From: Candidatus Fraserbacteria bacterium | Lineage (GTDB): Bacteria; Bipolaricaulota; Bipolaricaulia; RBG-16-55-9; DRXL01 | Assembly (NCBI GenBank): GCA_037440025.1 | Contig: JBBIUX010000002.1 | Span: 15,379 to 79,378 of the forward strand | Reading direction: 5' to 3' | Length of the DNA stretch: 64,000 nucleotides | Shown: in pieces, positions 27,288 to 36,756 of the stretch | How the letters are laid out: the number at the start of each line of letters is the position of its first letter | How positions within the stretch are numbered: position 1 is the first letter of the stretch | The notes under the pieces: model-generated | What the model was told of the DNA's origin: nothing | The model's database searches: none | Seen by the model: the letters and a program-made list of their open reading frames with translations, nothing else | Program-made: the position numbers and the translations under genes

Positions 27288-29843
27288 ATGAAACGCTTTG
27301 CATTGCTCTTCGTTCTGATGGCCACACTCGCCGTGTGGCCCCTCCAAGGCTCTTTCGCACAATCTGACGTGCACGCCTTCACACTGGAGAACGGCTTGCA
27401 GGTCTTGCTCGTGCCCAAGCCCGGCACAGGGATCACAGCTGTAGATATCTGGGTCAACGTGGGCAGCCTCAACGAGACCAGAGAGAGTTCGGGCATCTCA
27501 CACTTCTTCGAGCATATGCTCTTCAAGGGCACCGAGAAGCGCCCCGGCGGCATAGATCGCGAGATCGAAGGCCTCGGCGGGCGCACCAACGCCGCGACCT
27601 CTTACGATTTCACGCATTACTATATTATTCTCCCCAGCGAACACACGGAATTAGCCATTGACATTATCGCCGATATCACGCAGAACTCGACCTTCCCTGA
27701 AGAAGAGATCGCCCGCGAGAAGGACGTCGTCTTGCGCGAACAAGATCAACGGTCTGATAACCCCGGCTCGTTCACCTTCTTCACCATGCGCAGCGATTTC
27801 TACAAGGCCCATCCGTACAAACTGCCCATCATCGGCTACGCAGACAGTCTAGAGAAGCTGACCCGTGAAGATCTTCTGGCTTGGATGAAGACGTGGTACG
27901 TCCCGAACAATATGACGCTGGTCGTCGCCGGAGATATCGAGATCGAGCAGACGCTCCAAACGGTCAAAGAGTACTTCGGTATGATGCCACCGCAAGAGCT
28001 GCCCGCTTCGCTCTACCCTCAAGAACCAGCTCGCATCGAGAAGACCGTGAAAGAGATACGCCATCCCGTGAGCCAGGGGTATCTCATCTACGCTTGGCCT
28101 GGCCCGTCAGTGAGAGAAGCCCAAGACGTCTACGCCATGGACGTTTTGATTACACTGCTCTCGGATGGCCGCGGCTCCCGCTTCTACAAGAAGCTGCGCA
28201 AAGAATTAGGCTTAGTGAATACTGTAGACGCCGGCTATTTCACGCAGAAAGAGCCGGGCATCTTTAATATCTACGCTGAATTCCCTTACGAGAACCGCGC
28301 GGCTGTTGAGCAAGCTATTCTGTCGGAGCTCAAGAATATTCTCGATGGGCATCTCAGCGAAGATGAGCTCGAACGCGCCAAGACGGTGCTGCTCGCCAAC
28401 GAAGCTTTCCAAAGCGAGACCAGCGCGGGAGTGGCCAGCACGCTCGGCTTCTACTCTGTCGTGGCCGGGGATTACAGATTTGCTTTGACGTACCCCGAAA
28501 AAATTCGCGCCGTCACGGTCGAAGACGTCGTGAAAGTCGCACGCAAGTATATTGACCTCAATGTGTACTATCAGCTTGTGCTCATCCCAGAAGACGCTCC
28601 AGAGCTTGAACAGACCGAAGAGTCTTTCACCCTACCCAACGGGCTCAAGCTCATCTTGCGCGAAGATCACGCTTCAGAGATGGTCGCGCTGCAGACATTT
28701 GTCGGTACAGGGGCACGCGCCGAGCCAACGGAGCTGGCCGGGATCGCCGAGTTGACTTCACGGCTGCTCCTGCGCGGCACGACGACGCGCTCCGAAGAAG
28801 AGATCTTCACCAAGATCGAGAACCTAGGAGCTCAGCTCAGCCAAGATCTTTTGCCCGACATGGCGCATCTCACGCTGGTCGCGCCCCGCGACAGTCTGGA
28901 GCGAGCACTGCCCCTCTATCTGGACGTGCTGCTGAACTCGGCGTTCGCTTCTGACGAAGTCGAGCGGGCCAAGAGCGAATTGATCCGCGAGATACGCGCC
29001 CAAGCCGACCAGAATTTTTCAGTGATCTATAATAACTTCCAAACGGCTCTCTACGGGGCGCACCACTACGGGCGCTTTGCTACCCCCGAAAGCGTCGCGC
29101 GCATCACCCGCGACGATATCGTAGATTTCTACAAACGCTACTACGTTCCCAACAATATGACCGTCGTCGCTGTGGGGGCTTTCGACCGCGCGCTGCTGCT
29201 GGCGCTCTTGCGGGCAAAATTGCAAGAACTCCCCAAGGGTGCAGAAGACCTGCCCCTCAAGCCGCAGCCGGTGTCGTTCGAGCTCCCTGAAAACAAGAGC
29301 GTGGAGGCTGCCAAGCGTTCCAATCTCACCTGGCTTATTCTGGGCTATCCCGCTCCACCCGTTGCGAGCCCCGATTACCCCGCGATGAAGCTGCTCAATG
29401 CGATCTTGGGCGGCGGCATGAGCTCGCGATTGTTTAGTGAGCTGCGCGACAAACGTGGGCTGGCGTATTCGACGGGCTCGTTCTATCCCTCGCGTGCCGA
29501 GGACAGCCATCTCGTGACATATATCATCGCGCTGCCGGAGAACGCCGAAGCTGCCCGCCAAGGAATTGTAGATATTCTTCAAGAGATCAAAGAGCACGGC
29601 GTTCCTCAAGAAGAGCTTGAGCGGGCCAAGAGCTATGTCATCGGGAATTATCGCATCGAGCACGAGACGGCCGAGCGCCGCGCTTGGTATCTGGGGTGGT
29701 TTGAAACGCTGGGCGTTGGGTATCAGATGGACGCACAGTACCCGGAGCTGATTCGCAAACTTACTTCTGAGGAGATCCAGCGCATTGCGCAAAAATATCT
29801 TCAGTATTATGTGCTCTCGACGCTGGGGCCCTCAGAGCGATAG
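27288..29843 (+). CDS. Secreted M16 (pitrilysin-family) zinc peptidase, fused active and inactive halves
   Basis: Signal peptide; HFFEHMLFKGT (HxxEH); NAATSYD; SRLFSELRDKRGLAY; SD AAGGAGG. Confidence 0.95.
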   Translation: MKRFALLFVLMATLAVWPLQGSFAQSDVHAFTLENGLQVLLVPKPGTGITAVDIWVNVGSLNETRESSGISHFFEHMLFKGTEKRPGGIDREIEGLGGRTNAATSYDFTHYYIILPSEHTELAIDIIADITQNSTFPEEEIAREKDVVLREQDQRSDNPGSFTFFTMRSDFYKAHPYKLPIIGYADSLEKLTREDLLAWMKTWYVPNNMTLVVAGDIEIEQTLQTVKEYFGMMPPQELPASLYPQEPARIEKTVKEIRHPVSQGYLIYAWPGPSVREAQDVYAMDVLITLLSDGRGSRFYKKLRKELGLVNTVDAGYFTQKEPGIFNIYAEFPYENRAAVEQAILSELKNILDGHLSEDELERAKTVLLANEAFQSETSAGVASTLGFYSVVAGDYRFALTYPEKIRAVTVEDVVKVARKYIDLNVYYQLVLIPEDAPELEQTEESFTLPNGLKLILREDHASEMVALQTFVGTGARAEPTELAGIAELTSRLLLRGTTTRSEEEIFTKIENLGAQLSQDLLPDMAHLTLVAPRDSLERALPLYLDVLLNSAFASDEVERAKSELIREIRAQADQNFSVIYNNFQTALYGAHHYGRFATPESVARITRDDIVDFYKRYYVPNNMTVVAVGAFDRALLLALLRAKLQELPKGAEDLPLKPQPVSFELPENKSVEAAKRSNLTWLILGYPAPPVASPDYPAMKLLNAILGGGMSSRLFSELRDKRGLAYSTGSFYPSRAEDSHLVTYIIALPENAEAARQGIVDILQEIKEHGVPQEELERAKSYVIGNYRIEHETAERRAWYLGWFETLGVGYQMDAQYPELIRKLTSEEIQRIAQKYLQYYVLSTLGPSER

Positions 29844-30250
29844 ACTTTCAGTTTCAGACCCTTAATCGGGCGATAGTGACGCTCGTTAGCGGTAGCAAGG
29901 TGAAAGCTGTGTACGAGAGCTGTCGCGGCAATGAGGGCGTCTGCCACACGTAAACCATGAGGCAAAGCATGGCGCTCTATGAGCCGGATTGCTTGATGAG
30001 TGGTTTTCTCCGTCAGGGGAACGACTTCAGAGAAATTCTTTTCAATATATTGGCGAATCGTGCGTAATTCTCGGGGGGCGGAAGCTCCTTGCAAAAGCTC
30101 CATGTAAGCGACAGCGGAAATCTTTCGTAGAACCGGCGGACAGGTGCGAACGAACGTCTCGGCCTTCTCACTACCGCGAAAACGTTCTATGAGAACGTCC
30201 GTGTCGAAGATTACCGCTTGTGACGGGGCTGACGGATCTTGTTGATCCAT
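29807..30250 (-). CDS. vapC: PIN-domain VapC toxin
   Basis: IFDTDVLI, YMELLQG, DALIAATA, LATANERHY; downstream of antitoxin; start uncertain. Confidence 0.88.
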   Translation of the reverse strand: MDQQDPSAPSQAVIFDTDVLIERFRGSEKAETFVRTCPPVLRKISAVAYMELLQGASAPRELRTIRQYIEKNFSEVVPLTEKTTHQAIRLIERHALPHGLRVADALIAATALVHSFHLATANERHYRPIKGLKLKVYRSEGPSVEST

Positions 30251-30453
30251 GCTGGTATATCCTTCAAATCTTCGCGATTTTTCCACATTCCAAACCCAAT
30301 TGGGACATAATCATTAGGAGAGGCGGCCAAAGGCAGGATGACTGCTATCTCCCGACCGCGTAGGGTTACCGTCACTCGCTCCCCTGCGCTCACGCGCTGG
30401 AGGATACGCCCGGTCTGATACCGAAGCTGCTTAGCCGTTACTGTAGTGGGCAT
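30211..30453 (-). CDS. Phd/YefM-family antitoxin
   Basis: VTAKQLR...ILQRVSAGERVTVTLRGREIAVILP. Confidence 0.88.
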   Translation of the reverse strand: MPTTVTAKQLRYQTGRILQRVSAGERVTVTLRGREIAVILPLAASPNDYVPIGFGMWKNREDLKDIPAWINKIRQPRHKR

Positions 30454-30521
30454 AAAACTTCACCTCAAAGTAGACACTGTTCAGTATATACTCAAATGAT
30501 AGACACGGTCAAACGCGATAC

Positions 30522-31094
30522 TTAGGACTTGACTGCTGGTAGCACAGGCTCCAGCCATGTGATGGCGCGAAGCTCTGCTGTAATAGCCAGCACGCGCTCG
30601 CGGTGCTCTAAGATGCGATCAAGAAATCTCTTGAGGAGCGATCGCGCGGCATCAGGGTCGTTGCGATCCAGAAACTGTAACGCGAGCGCGGCGTTCATCT
30701 TCACACCGCCTACCTCTTTGAAGAGGCGCTCCAGCAGTTGGCAAAGCCGTTCGTGCTCGGTCTTATCGTCAGTTCCTGGTCGCAGCCGTCCCGACTGACA
30801 GAGCCGTCCGTAATAATCTCCAAAGAGGTTCTCGTATTCTTCAGCAAGATCGAGTGCGAAGGCGAAGTTTTCTCTCCGCAGGCACAGGGCTTCGTCGCGG
30901 CAGTTGAGATCTTCTTTGAGCCCGCGCAGCAAGAAGCCCAAGCCGGGGTCGAGTCCCCCTTGGCCTTTTAAGACCTGCAAGACGCTCGCACGGTACGCCT
31001 CCGAGGAGGGCGCAAGCGCCTGCCGCGCCCACCAGAAGATTAAACCCGCAACGACAACCAGCCCGGCCAACAATAGCCATAACCACTTTTGCAT
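30522..31094 (-). CDS. Hypothetical protein with N-terminal membrane anchor
   Basis: MQKWLWLLLAGLVVVAGLIFWW; helical body with 4 Cys. Confidence 0.65.
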   Translation of the reverse strand: MQKWLWLLLAGLVVVAGLIFWWARQALAPSSEAYRASVLQVLKGQGGLDPGLGFLLRGLKEDLNCRDEALCLRRENFAFALDLAEEYENLFGDYYGRLCQSGRLRPGTDDKTEHERLCQLLERLFKEVGGVKMNAALALQFLDRNDPDAARSLLKRFLDRILEHRERVLAITAELRAITWLEPVLPAVKS

Positions 31095-31176
31095 AGCGTC
31101 TGTAGTGTGCCCAAAACCGACGGTCAAGTCAAGGGGCCGGCGACCAAGTCGCACGCTCACTCTACGCCCTCTTCTG

Positions 31177-31486
31177 GACCTAGCCTCCTGGCCCCCTTCC
31201 CTAAAGGGGGAAGGCTCCCCTCCCCCTTTAGGGCGAAGCGTTTTGGTGCAGCATCTTCCTCAGAAAGCGGTCGCACCAAAACGCTTCGGTAACGATCTCT
31301 TGGCGCAGGGACCTACTCCCTGACGCCTCTCCACTTTTGCGTAGCCCGGCAACTAAAGTTGCGGGCTAGGCTTACAAAGCCCGTCTGCACGGGCTTGGCC
31401 CAGCGCTGGCAGTCCCCACCGGGGACTTTGTAGCTGCCAGCCCGCGGCTTGAGCCGCCGGGCCAATGAAAGTGGAGAGGGGTTAGG
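31177..31486. repeat. Composite cluster of nested palindromic elements
   Basis: Truncated family A copy (31177-31233), perfect 16-bp inverted repeat (31234-31249/31273-31288), four-hairpin cassette (31341-31463) inside CCTCTCCAC...GTGGAGAGG. Confidence 0.85.
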
Positions 31487-31497
31487 ACCACTCCTAC

Positions 31498-31535
31498 TTG
31501 ACAATGCCCTATGATTTGATGTAGTATATATTACA
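31498..31535 (+). promoter_or_regulatory. Promoter of peptide ABC cluster 1 with overlapping palindrome
   Basis: TTGACA-18 nt-TAGTAT; near-palindrome TGTAGTATATATTACA at 31520-31535. Confidence 0.55.
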
Positions 31536-31654
31536 AAAGAGTGCGCTGGGGTAGCTCAGATGTTTCAATGAGCTTCATAGAGGGAGGTGGTTGCCGAGCC
31601 TGATCATCAGAGTACCGCATGCCCAAAACAATCCCCAATTACAGGAGGTAAAGC

Positions 31655-33499
31655 ATGAAAGCTGTTTGGCGATGGGGAACTCTCGCAGCAGTGTTGGTGT
31701 TGGTCCTCGGTGTAACGAGTGGGTTGGCACAGCAACAGATCAAGAATCCGGATACGTACATCAGGGCTAGCATCGGCGACCTTGAGACCCTGGACCCGGC
31801 GTGGCACTACGATACAGCGAGCGCTACGGCGATCTTCAATATCTACGACACATTGCTCTTCTACGACGGTGAGGCGATCGATAAGTTCGTCCCGGTATTG
31901 GCCGAAAGTTGGACGGTCTCTCCCGACGGTACCACCTACACTTTCAAGATCCGCAAGGGCGTCAAGTTCCATGCAGGCGGCGATCTGACAGCAGACGATG
32001 TAGCTTACAGCTTCCAGCGGGCGCTTTTGCAAGACCGCTCCGGCGGCCCGATCCACATGATCACCGAGCCGGTTCTGGATGTCGCCTCGATTGATGAGTT
32101 GGCCAAGAAAGAAGGCGTCGGTGACCTCAAAGCCTGCCAGATGGTGCTGGACGCGGCTACAGTGAAGGGAGATGAGGTCACCTTCAAGCTGGCCTTCGCC
32201 TTCGCGCCCTTCTTGCAGATCCTCGCCGGGAGCTGGATGTCCGTTATAGATAAAGAGTGGGCCATAGCCCGCGGCGACTGGGACGGCAAGTGCGACAACT
32301 GGCGCAAGTGGTGGGACCCCAAAGCCGAGGCCTCTAAGCTCTTCGACGTGGCCAACGGCACCGGGCCCTATAAGCTGGAGCGCTGGGAGAAGGGCAAGGA
32401 GATTAGCTTTGTCCGCAACGACGCCTACTGGCGGGGGCCAGCAAAGTTGGCCCGCGCCGTGATCAAGGTTGTGCCGGAGTGGGGCACGCGCCTAGCGATG
32501 TTCGAGGCTGGCGATGCCGACTCCATTGATGTGCCTCGTCCCTTCGTCGCGGCGATGAAGCCACTGGTGGATGCCGGCAAGGCCCGCCTCTACGGTCCGC
32601 TGCCGGGAGCCATAGCGCAGAGCAGCTTCATCAACTTCAAGGTCAAAGAGGGCAGCGCCCATATGCCCCAGCTGGCGGGCGCGGACAAGCCCGATTTGCT
32701 CAGTGACCTCAACTTGAGAAGAGCCCTCAACTACTGCTTCGATACAGCTACTTACATCAAGGAGTCCTGGCTGGGCGAGGCGGAGTCCCTGCTCGGCGGG
32801 GTGATCATCAAGGGCCGGCTCGGCTTTAACCCCGCGCAGAAGGGCTACGAGTTCAGTCTGGCCGAGTGCGAGAAGGAGCTGAGAGCGGCGTGGGGCGGCA
32901 AGCTCTGGTCCGATGGGATGCGCCTCGTCTTGACCTTCAACCAGGGGAACGTCGCGCGCCGGTTCGCCGCGGAGATGCTGGAGCGCAATCTTGAGGACAT
33001 GAACAAGAAGCGCGCCGGCAGGCCGATCTTCTCGGTAGATGTGCGGGACTTGCCCTGGCCGACCTATCTGAAGTCTATGGATGCCAGTGAGCTGGCGGTC
33101 TTCTGGGTCGGCTGGCTGGAGGACTACGCCCACCCGCACAACTGGGTACAGCCCTACATGTTCCGGACGGGGGCTTTTGCTATCGGCCAGAACTTCGACA
33201 CCCTGAAGGACGTGGACTTCAAGCCCGTCTATGCCACCTTCCTGGAGGCCAAGAAGTACCCAACGCTCCGAGATCTCTTCGACGATCTGGTGGTGAAGGC
33301 CAAGAAGGAGCCGGACCAGAAGGTCGGTGGCAAGGCGGAGAAGATCTACTTCGAGTTGAACCACCTGGCCAAGGAGTATGCTATCAACATCCAGAACATC
33401 CAACTCCAGGTGCGCCGCTACGAGCAGGTCTGGGTCAAGGGGTGGTTCTACAACCCAGCTTACCCAGGGGAATATTTCTACTGGCTGTCTAAAGGCTAG
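31655..33499 (+). CDS. Peptide/nickel ABC substrate-binding protein (family 5)
   Basis: TLDPAWHYD, IYDTLLFY, YTFKIRKGVKFH, GTGPYKL. Confidence 0.93.
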   Translation: MKAVWRWGTLAAVLVLVLGVTSGLAQQQIKNPDTYIRASIGDLETLDPAWHYDTASATAIFNIYDTLLFYDGEAIDKFVPVLAESWTVSPDGTTYTFKIRKGVKFHAGGDLTADDVAYSFQRALLQDRSGGPIHMITEPVLDVASIDELAKKEGVGDLKACQMVLDAATVKGDEVTFKLAFAFAPFLQILAGSWMSVIDKEWAIARGDWDGKCDNWRKWWDPKAEASKLFDVANGTGPYKLERWEKGKEISFVRNDAYWRGPAKLARAVIKVVPEWGTRLAMFEAGDADSIDVPRPFVAAMKPLVDAGKARLYGPLPGAIAQSSFINFKVKEGSAHMPQLAGADKPDLLSDLNLRRALNYCFDTATYIKESWLGEAESLLGGVIIKGRLGFNPAQKGYEFSLAECEKELRAAWGGKLWSDGMRLVLTFNQGNVARRFAAEMLERNLEDMNKKRAGRPIFSVDVRDLPWPTYLKSMDASELAVFWVGWLEDYAHPHNWVQPYMFRTGAFAIGQNFDTLKDVDFKPVYATFLEAKKYPTLRDLFDDLVVKAKKEPDQKVGGKAEKIYFELNHLAKEYAINIQNIQLQVRRYEQVWVKGWFYNPAYPGEYFYWLSKG

Positions 33500-33519
33500 A
33501 AGCTGCACGGATGTCGCGA

Positions 33520-33690
33520 GAGGGGGTCGGTCTTTCTCCGACCCCCTCAAATTGTTATTAGGGGGTATCTGGAGTCTTTCTCGGATGCTCAAGCATCCGT
33601 TTAAGAAGCTGAAAGCCCGATCAGTCGGGCCGCGTGAGAGGGTGAGCGGCCGTTCACCCCTGCAGGAGGAGCGAGACGCTGCTTGCACTA
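33520..33690. repeat. Stem-loop plus degenerate copy of the multi-hairpin cassette
   Basis: GAGGGGGTCGG-tctttct-CCGACCCCCTC; CGGATGCTCAAGCATCCGT identical to 18733-18751; further hairpins. Confidence 0.75.
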
Positions 33691-33740
33691 CTCCCGCCTT
33701 TGTGCTATGCTGCTGAGCTAAACCAATATAAGGTCAAGCT

Positions 33741-34769
33741 ATGCTCGCTTATATTATTCGTCGGCTCCTGATACTGCCAATCTTGCTGCTCGGCGTGACA
33801 ATCTTTGTCTTCGCCATCTTTCAATTTATGCCGCCAGCTATGCGGGCCAGCCTCTACCTGCGCGATGTCCCTAAGACTTCTGACGCCATGGACCGAATCA
33901 TCGAGAAGTACGGCCTGGACAAGCCCATTCACATCCAATACTGGCAATGGCTCCAGCAGATCGCCAAGGGCGATCTGGGGTGGTCGCAGACCGCCCAGCG
34001 CCCCGTCACCGAGGCTCTGCTTTACTATCTTCCGGCCACCTTGGAACTCTCTCTGTGGGCGATGCTGCCCGTGATCTTAGTCGGCATCTGGTTTGGGATT
34101 CTATCCGCGGTCCATCAAGATAAATTGATTGACCAGACCCTCCGTGTCTTTGCTCTTGTCGGCTGGTCCTTCCCGACTTTTGTCTTCGGGCTTCTGCTCT
34201 TAATGAAATTCTACGCCGATCTGCAGTGGTTCCCGGCTGGGCAGATCTCCGACTGGGTCACCCGTGAGATCATTAATGGGACCTTCGTGCAGTATACGAG
34301 AATGTACACGATAGACGCGCTCCTCCAAGGGCGACTGGACGTCTTTTTGAATTCGCTGCGCCATCTGATCTTGCCGGTGATCACCCTCGCCTATGTGCAG
34401 TGGGCCCTGTTGCTGCGCGTGACCCGCAGTTCAATGCTAGAGACGTTGCGCCAAGACTATGTTACGACCGCACGGGCCAAGGGCCTCAAAGAGCGCGTTG
34501 TTATTAATAAACACGCCGCCCGCAACGCCATGATCCCCGTGGCCACGATGGGCGGGTTGTTGCTTATTGGCCTGCTCAACGGCGTTGTGATCACCGAGAC
34601 CATCTTCAATTATCCGGGCATCGGCCGCTGGGCGGCTAACGCTGCCACTACCTTGGACATCTTAGGCGTGCTGGGCTTCACGCTCTTCAACGGATTGCTG
34701 CTTGTGGTGGGGAATCTGGTCGTGGATGTGCTCTACGCCGTCATTGACCCGCGGGTGAAGTTGGATTGA
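33741..34769 (+). CDS. Peptide ABC permease (DppB/OppB-like)
   Basis: YIIRRLL, YGLDKP, HLILPVITL, TARAKGL, DPRV. Confidence 0.93.
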   Translation: MLAYIIRRLLILPILLLGVTIFVFAIFQFMPPAMRASLYLRDVPKTSDAMDRIIEKYGLDKPIHIQYWQWLQQIAKGDLGWSQTAQRPVTEALLYYLPATLELSLWAMLPVILVGIWFGILSAVHQDKLIDQTLRVFALVGWSFPTFVFGLLLLMKFYADLQWFPAGQISDWVTREIINGTFVQYTRMYTIDALLQGRLDVFLNSLRHLILPVITLAYVQWALLLRVTRSSMLETLRQDYVTTARAKGLKERVVINKHAARNAMIPVATMGGLLLIGLLNGVVITETIFNYPGIGRWAANAATTLDILGVLGFTLFNGLLLVVGNLVVDVLYAVIDPRVKLD

Positions 34770-35698
34770 CCATACTGAAACGCTTGCTGAAAAACCCGCT
34801 CTCCCTTGCCGGCTCCGTCTTGGTGCTCTTCTTTGTGATCATCGCTATAGCTGCTCCGTGGCTGGCTCCACCGGATAATCCTAACGAGCCCTATCGCATC
34901 ACGCGCTGCGGCTACGTCCCTATGCCCCAGCCGCCCAATTCAGAGAATCCCCTCGAGGGGATTTGGAAGATCATCACCCGGCAGGCCACCATCTGCGAGG
35001 TGCGTCCCTTTGGCACCATCCAGAGCTATGATATCTACTACGGCGTCGTCTGGGGGACGCACACAGCCTTCTTCGTCGGCTTGACCATCACGGGAGCGAC
35101 TGTCTTGATCGGGTTGATTGTCGGCTCGCTTGCGGCGTACTTTGGCCGCTGGGTGGATGAGCTTCTGATGAGGATCACAGACATCTTCTTGGCCTTCCCC
35201 TTTTTGGTGGCGGCTATCACCCTGGCTGCCGTGCTGCAACCGACCCTGGGTCGCGGGCTGCTTACGGCGATGATCGCCTTGATCGTCTTCGGCTGGATGA
35301 GCTACGCACGACTCATCCGCGGTGACATCCTCGCCATTAAAGAGCGCGACTACGTCTCGGCCGCCCACGCCGCCGGGGTGCCGCATCATCGCATTCTGCT
35401 CCGACACATCATTCCCAATGCGATCTACCCTACGCTCGTCGTGGGGTCAATGGACATCGGCTCTTATGTGCTCTCTTTTGCCGCGCTCAGCTTCTTAGGG
35501 CTAGGGGCCGATATCGGCTATGCTGACTGGGGCCAAATGATCAGCTTCGCCCGCGATTGGATCCCGCGACTCAGCACCTATTGGTATATCGTCGTCTATC
35601 CTGGTGTGGCGATTTTGCTCTTTGTGCTGGGGTGGAATCTCATCGGCGATGCCTTCCGTGACATCCTAGACCCCCGGCTGCGAGGCGCTGGGCGCTAG
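34766..35698 (+). CDS. Peptide ABC permease (DppC/OppC-like)
   Basis: MRITDIFLAFP, RHIIPN, LSFLGLG, GDAFRDILDPR. Confidence 0.93.
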   Translation: MTILKRLLKNPLSLAGSVLVLFFVIIAIAAPWLAPPDNPNEPYRITRCGYVPMPQPPNSENPLEGIWKIITRQATICEVRPFGTIQSYDIYYGVVWGTHTAFFVGLTITGATVLIGLIVGSLAAYFGRWVDELLMRITDIFLAFPFLVAAITLAAVLQPTLGRGLLTAMIALIVFGWMSYARLIRGDILAIKERDYVSAAHAAGVPHHRILLRHIIPNAIYPTLVVGSMDIGSYVLSFAALSFLGLGADIGYADWGQMISFARDWIPRLSTYWYIVVYPGVAILLFVLGWNLIGDAFRDILDPRLRGAGR

Positions 35699-36024
35699 TC
35701 TCTCAGGCGCTCCACGCGCTCCAAGACGATTCCGCCTTCGAAGCCACCACGATCTCGACGTTTGTGGGTCATACGCTCGTGAATCTCCTGTGCAGAGATA
35801 CCGTCGAGCGTAAGCCGAAAGTAGATCGCTTCCAGCAAGTCTACAAGCTCGTCCAGCTCGCTTGATGTTGCAAATTCTTTCGCTTCTTCGAGGATCTTCG
35901 CGCTCGCGTATTGTTTGAGCTCTTCCCCCTGCACGCGGCGAAAGATCGGTCTCTGTCCTGCGCGCATGATCAGCTCGGGGATTCTGCCGCGTACAAGCTT
36001 GTCGTACTTTCTGCAACCGGGCAT
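35695..36024 (-). CDS. MazG-like nucleoside triphosphate pyrophosphohydrolase (COG4997 type)
   Basis: YDKLVRGRIPELI...KILEEAKEF...ELVDLLE...RGGFEGGIVL. Confidence 0.85.
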   Translation of the reverse strand: MPGCRKYDKLVRGRIPELIMRAGQRPIFRRVQGEELKQYASAKILEEAKEFATSSELDELVDLLEAIYFRLTLDGISAQEIHERMTHKRRDRGGFEGGIVLERVERLRD

Positions 36025-36027
36025 GTA

Positions 36028-36234
36028 TTATTTTTTCTCTTCTTTTTCTTCTTTGAGGGCAATGATCTCCATGCCGTTGTAGTAGCCACAATTGAGACAA
36101 ACGCGATGAGGCAGCTTCGGCTCGTGACAGCGCGGGCATTCATTAATCGTGACCGGAGTAAACTTATAACTGGCTGCGCGATGCATACGCTTCTGAGAAC
36201 TGGATCGTCTGTATTTTGGTTGTCCCTGACCCAT
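36028..36234 (-). CDS. rpmF: 50S ribosomal protein L32
   Basis: PKYRRS...CPRCHEPKLPHRVCLNCGYYNG; SD AAGGAG. Confidence 0.95.
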   Translation of the reverse strand: MGQGQPKYRRSSSQKRMHRAASYKFTPVTINECPRCHEPKLPHRVCLNCGYYNGMEIIALKEEKEEKK

Positions 36235-36279
36235 AAACAACTCCTTTTGCACAAAAAGCTCAATGGGAATACGCCTATT

Positions 36280-36747
36280 TTAGCAAGTTGGATTCAGCTT
36301 TGCAACCGGCTCGCTCTCGAGGATGAACGTCACCGGGCCATCATTGATGAGCGAGACGTGCATCCGAGCACCAAAGATTCCCGACTCAACTCTGAGGTTG
36401 CTACGGCGCAGCTCTTGCAAAAACAGCTCATAGAGCACACGGGCTTGGTCGGGCGGCGCGGCGGCGTCAAAGCCGGGCCGACGTCCTTTCAGGGTGCTGC
36501 CGTAGAGCGTAAACTGCGAGATGACCAAAATTTCCCCTTGCACGTCTTGGACGGAGAGGTTCATCTTGCCCGCGGCGTCTTCAAAAATTCTCAGTCCCAA
36601 CAGCCGGTCTGCCAAAAAAGTCACATCGCTCTCGGAGTCGCCCTTGCCGACGCCTAAAAAAACGAGCAAGCCCGGACCGATCTGTCCGACGACCTTGCTC
36701 TCGACTTCTACTGAAGCTTCTGTGACGCGCTGGAGGACAAGACGCAT
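36280..36747 (-). CDS. dtd: D-aminoacyl-tRNA deacylase
   Basis: [19 protein letters not shown]. Confidence 0.97.
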   Translation of the reverse strand: MRLVLQRVTEASVEVESKVVGQIGPGLLVFLGVGKGDSESDVTFLADRLLGLRIFEDAAGKMNLSVQDVQGEILVISQFTLYGSTLKGRRPGFDAAAPPDQARVLYELFLQELRRSNLRVESGIFGARMHVSLINDGPVTFILESEPVAKLNPTC

Positions 36748-36756
36748 GGGGAAAGA

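Noticed and set aside
29807-29843. Convergent 3' overlaps (vapC/M16 peptidase; also 40048-40075 and 54132-54191)
   Set aside because: Short tail overlaps are common in compact genomes; no sign of dual function
31177-31486. CRISPR array
   Set aside because: The repeats are nested palindromes without constant-length direct repeats and spacers; no cas genes
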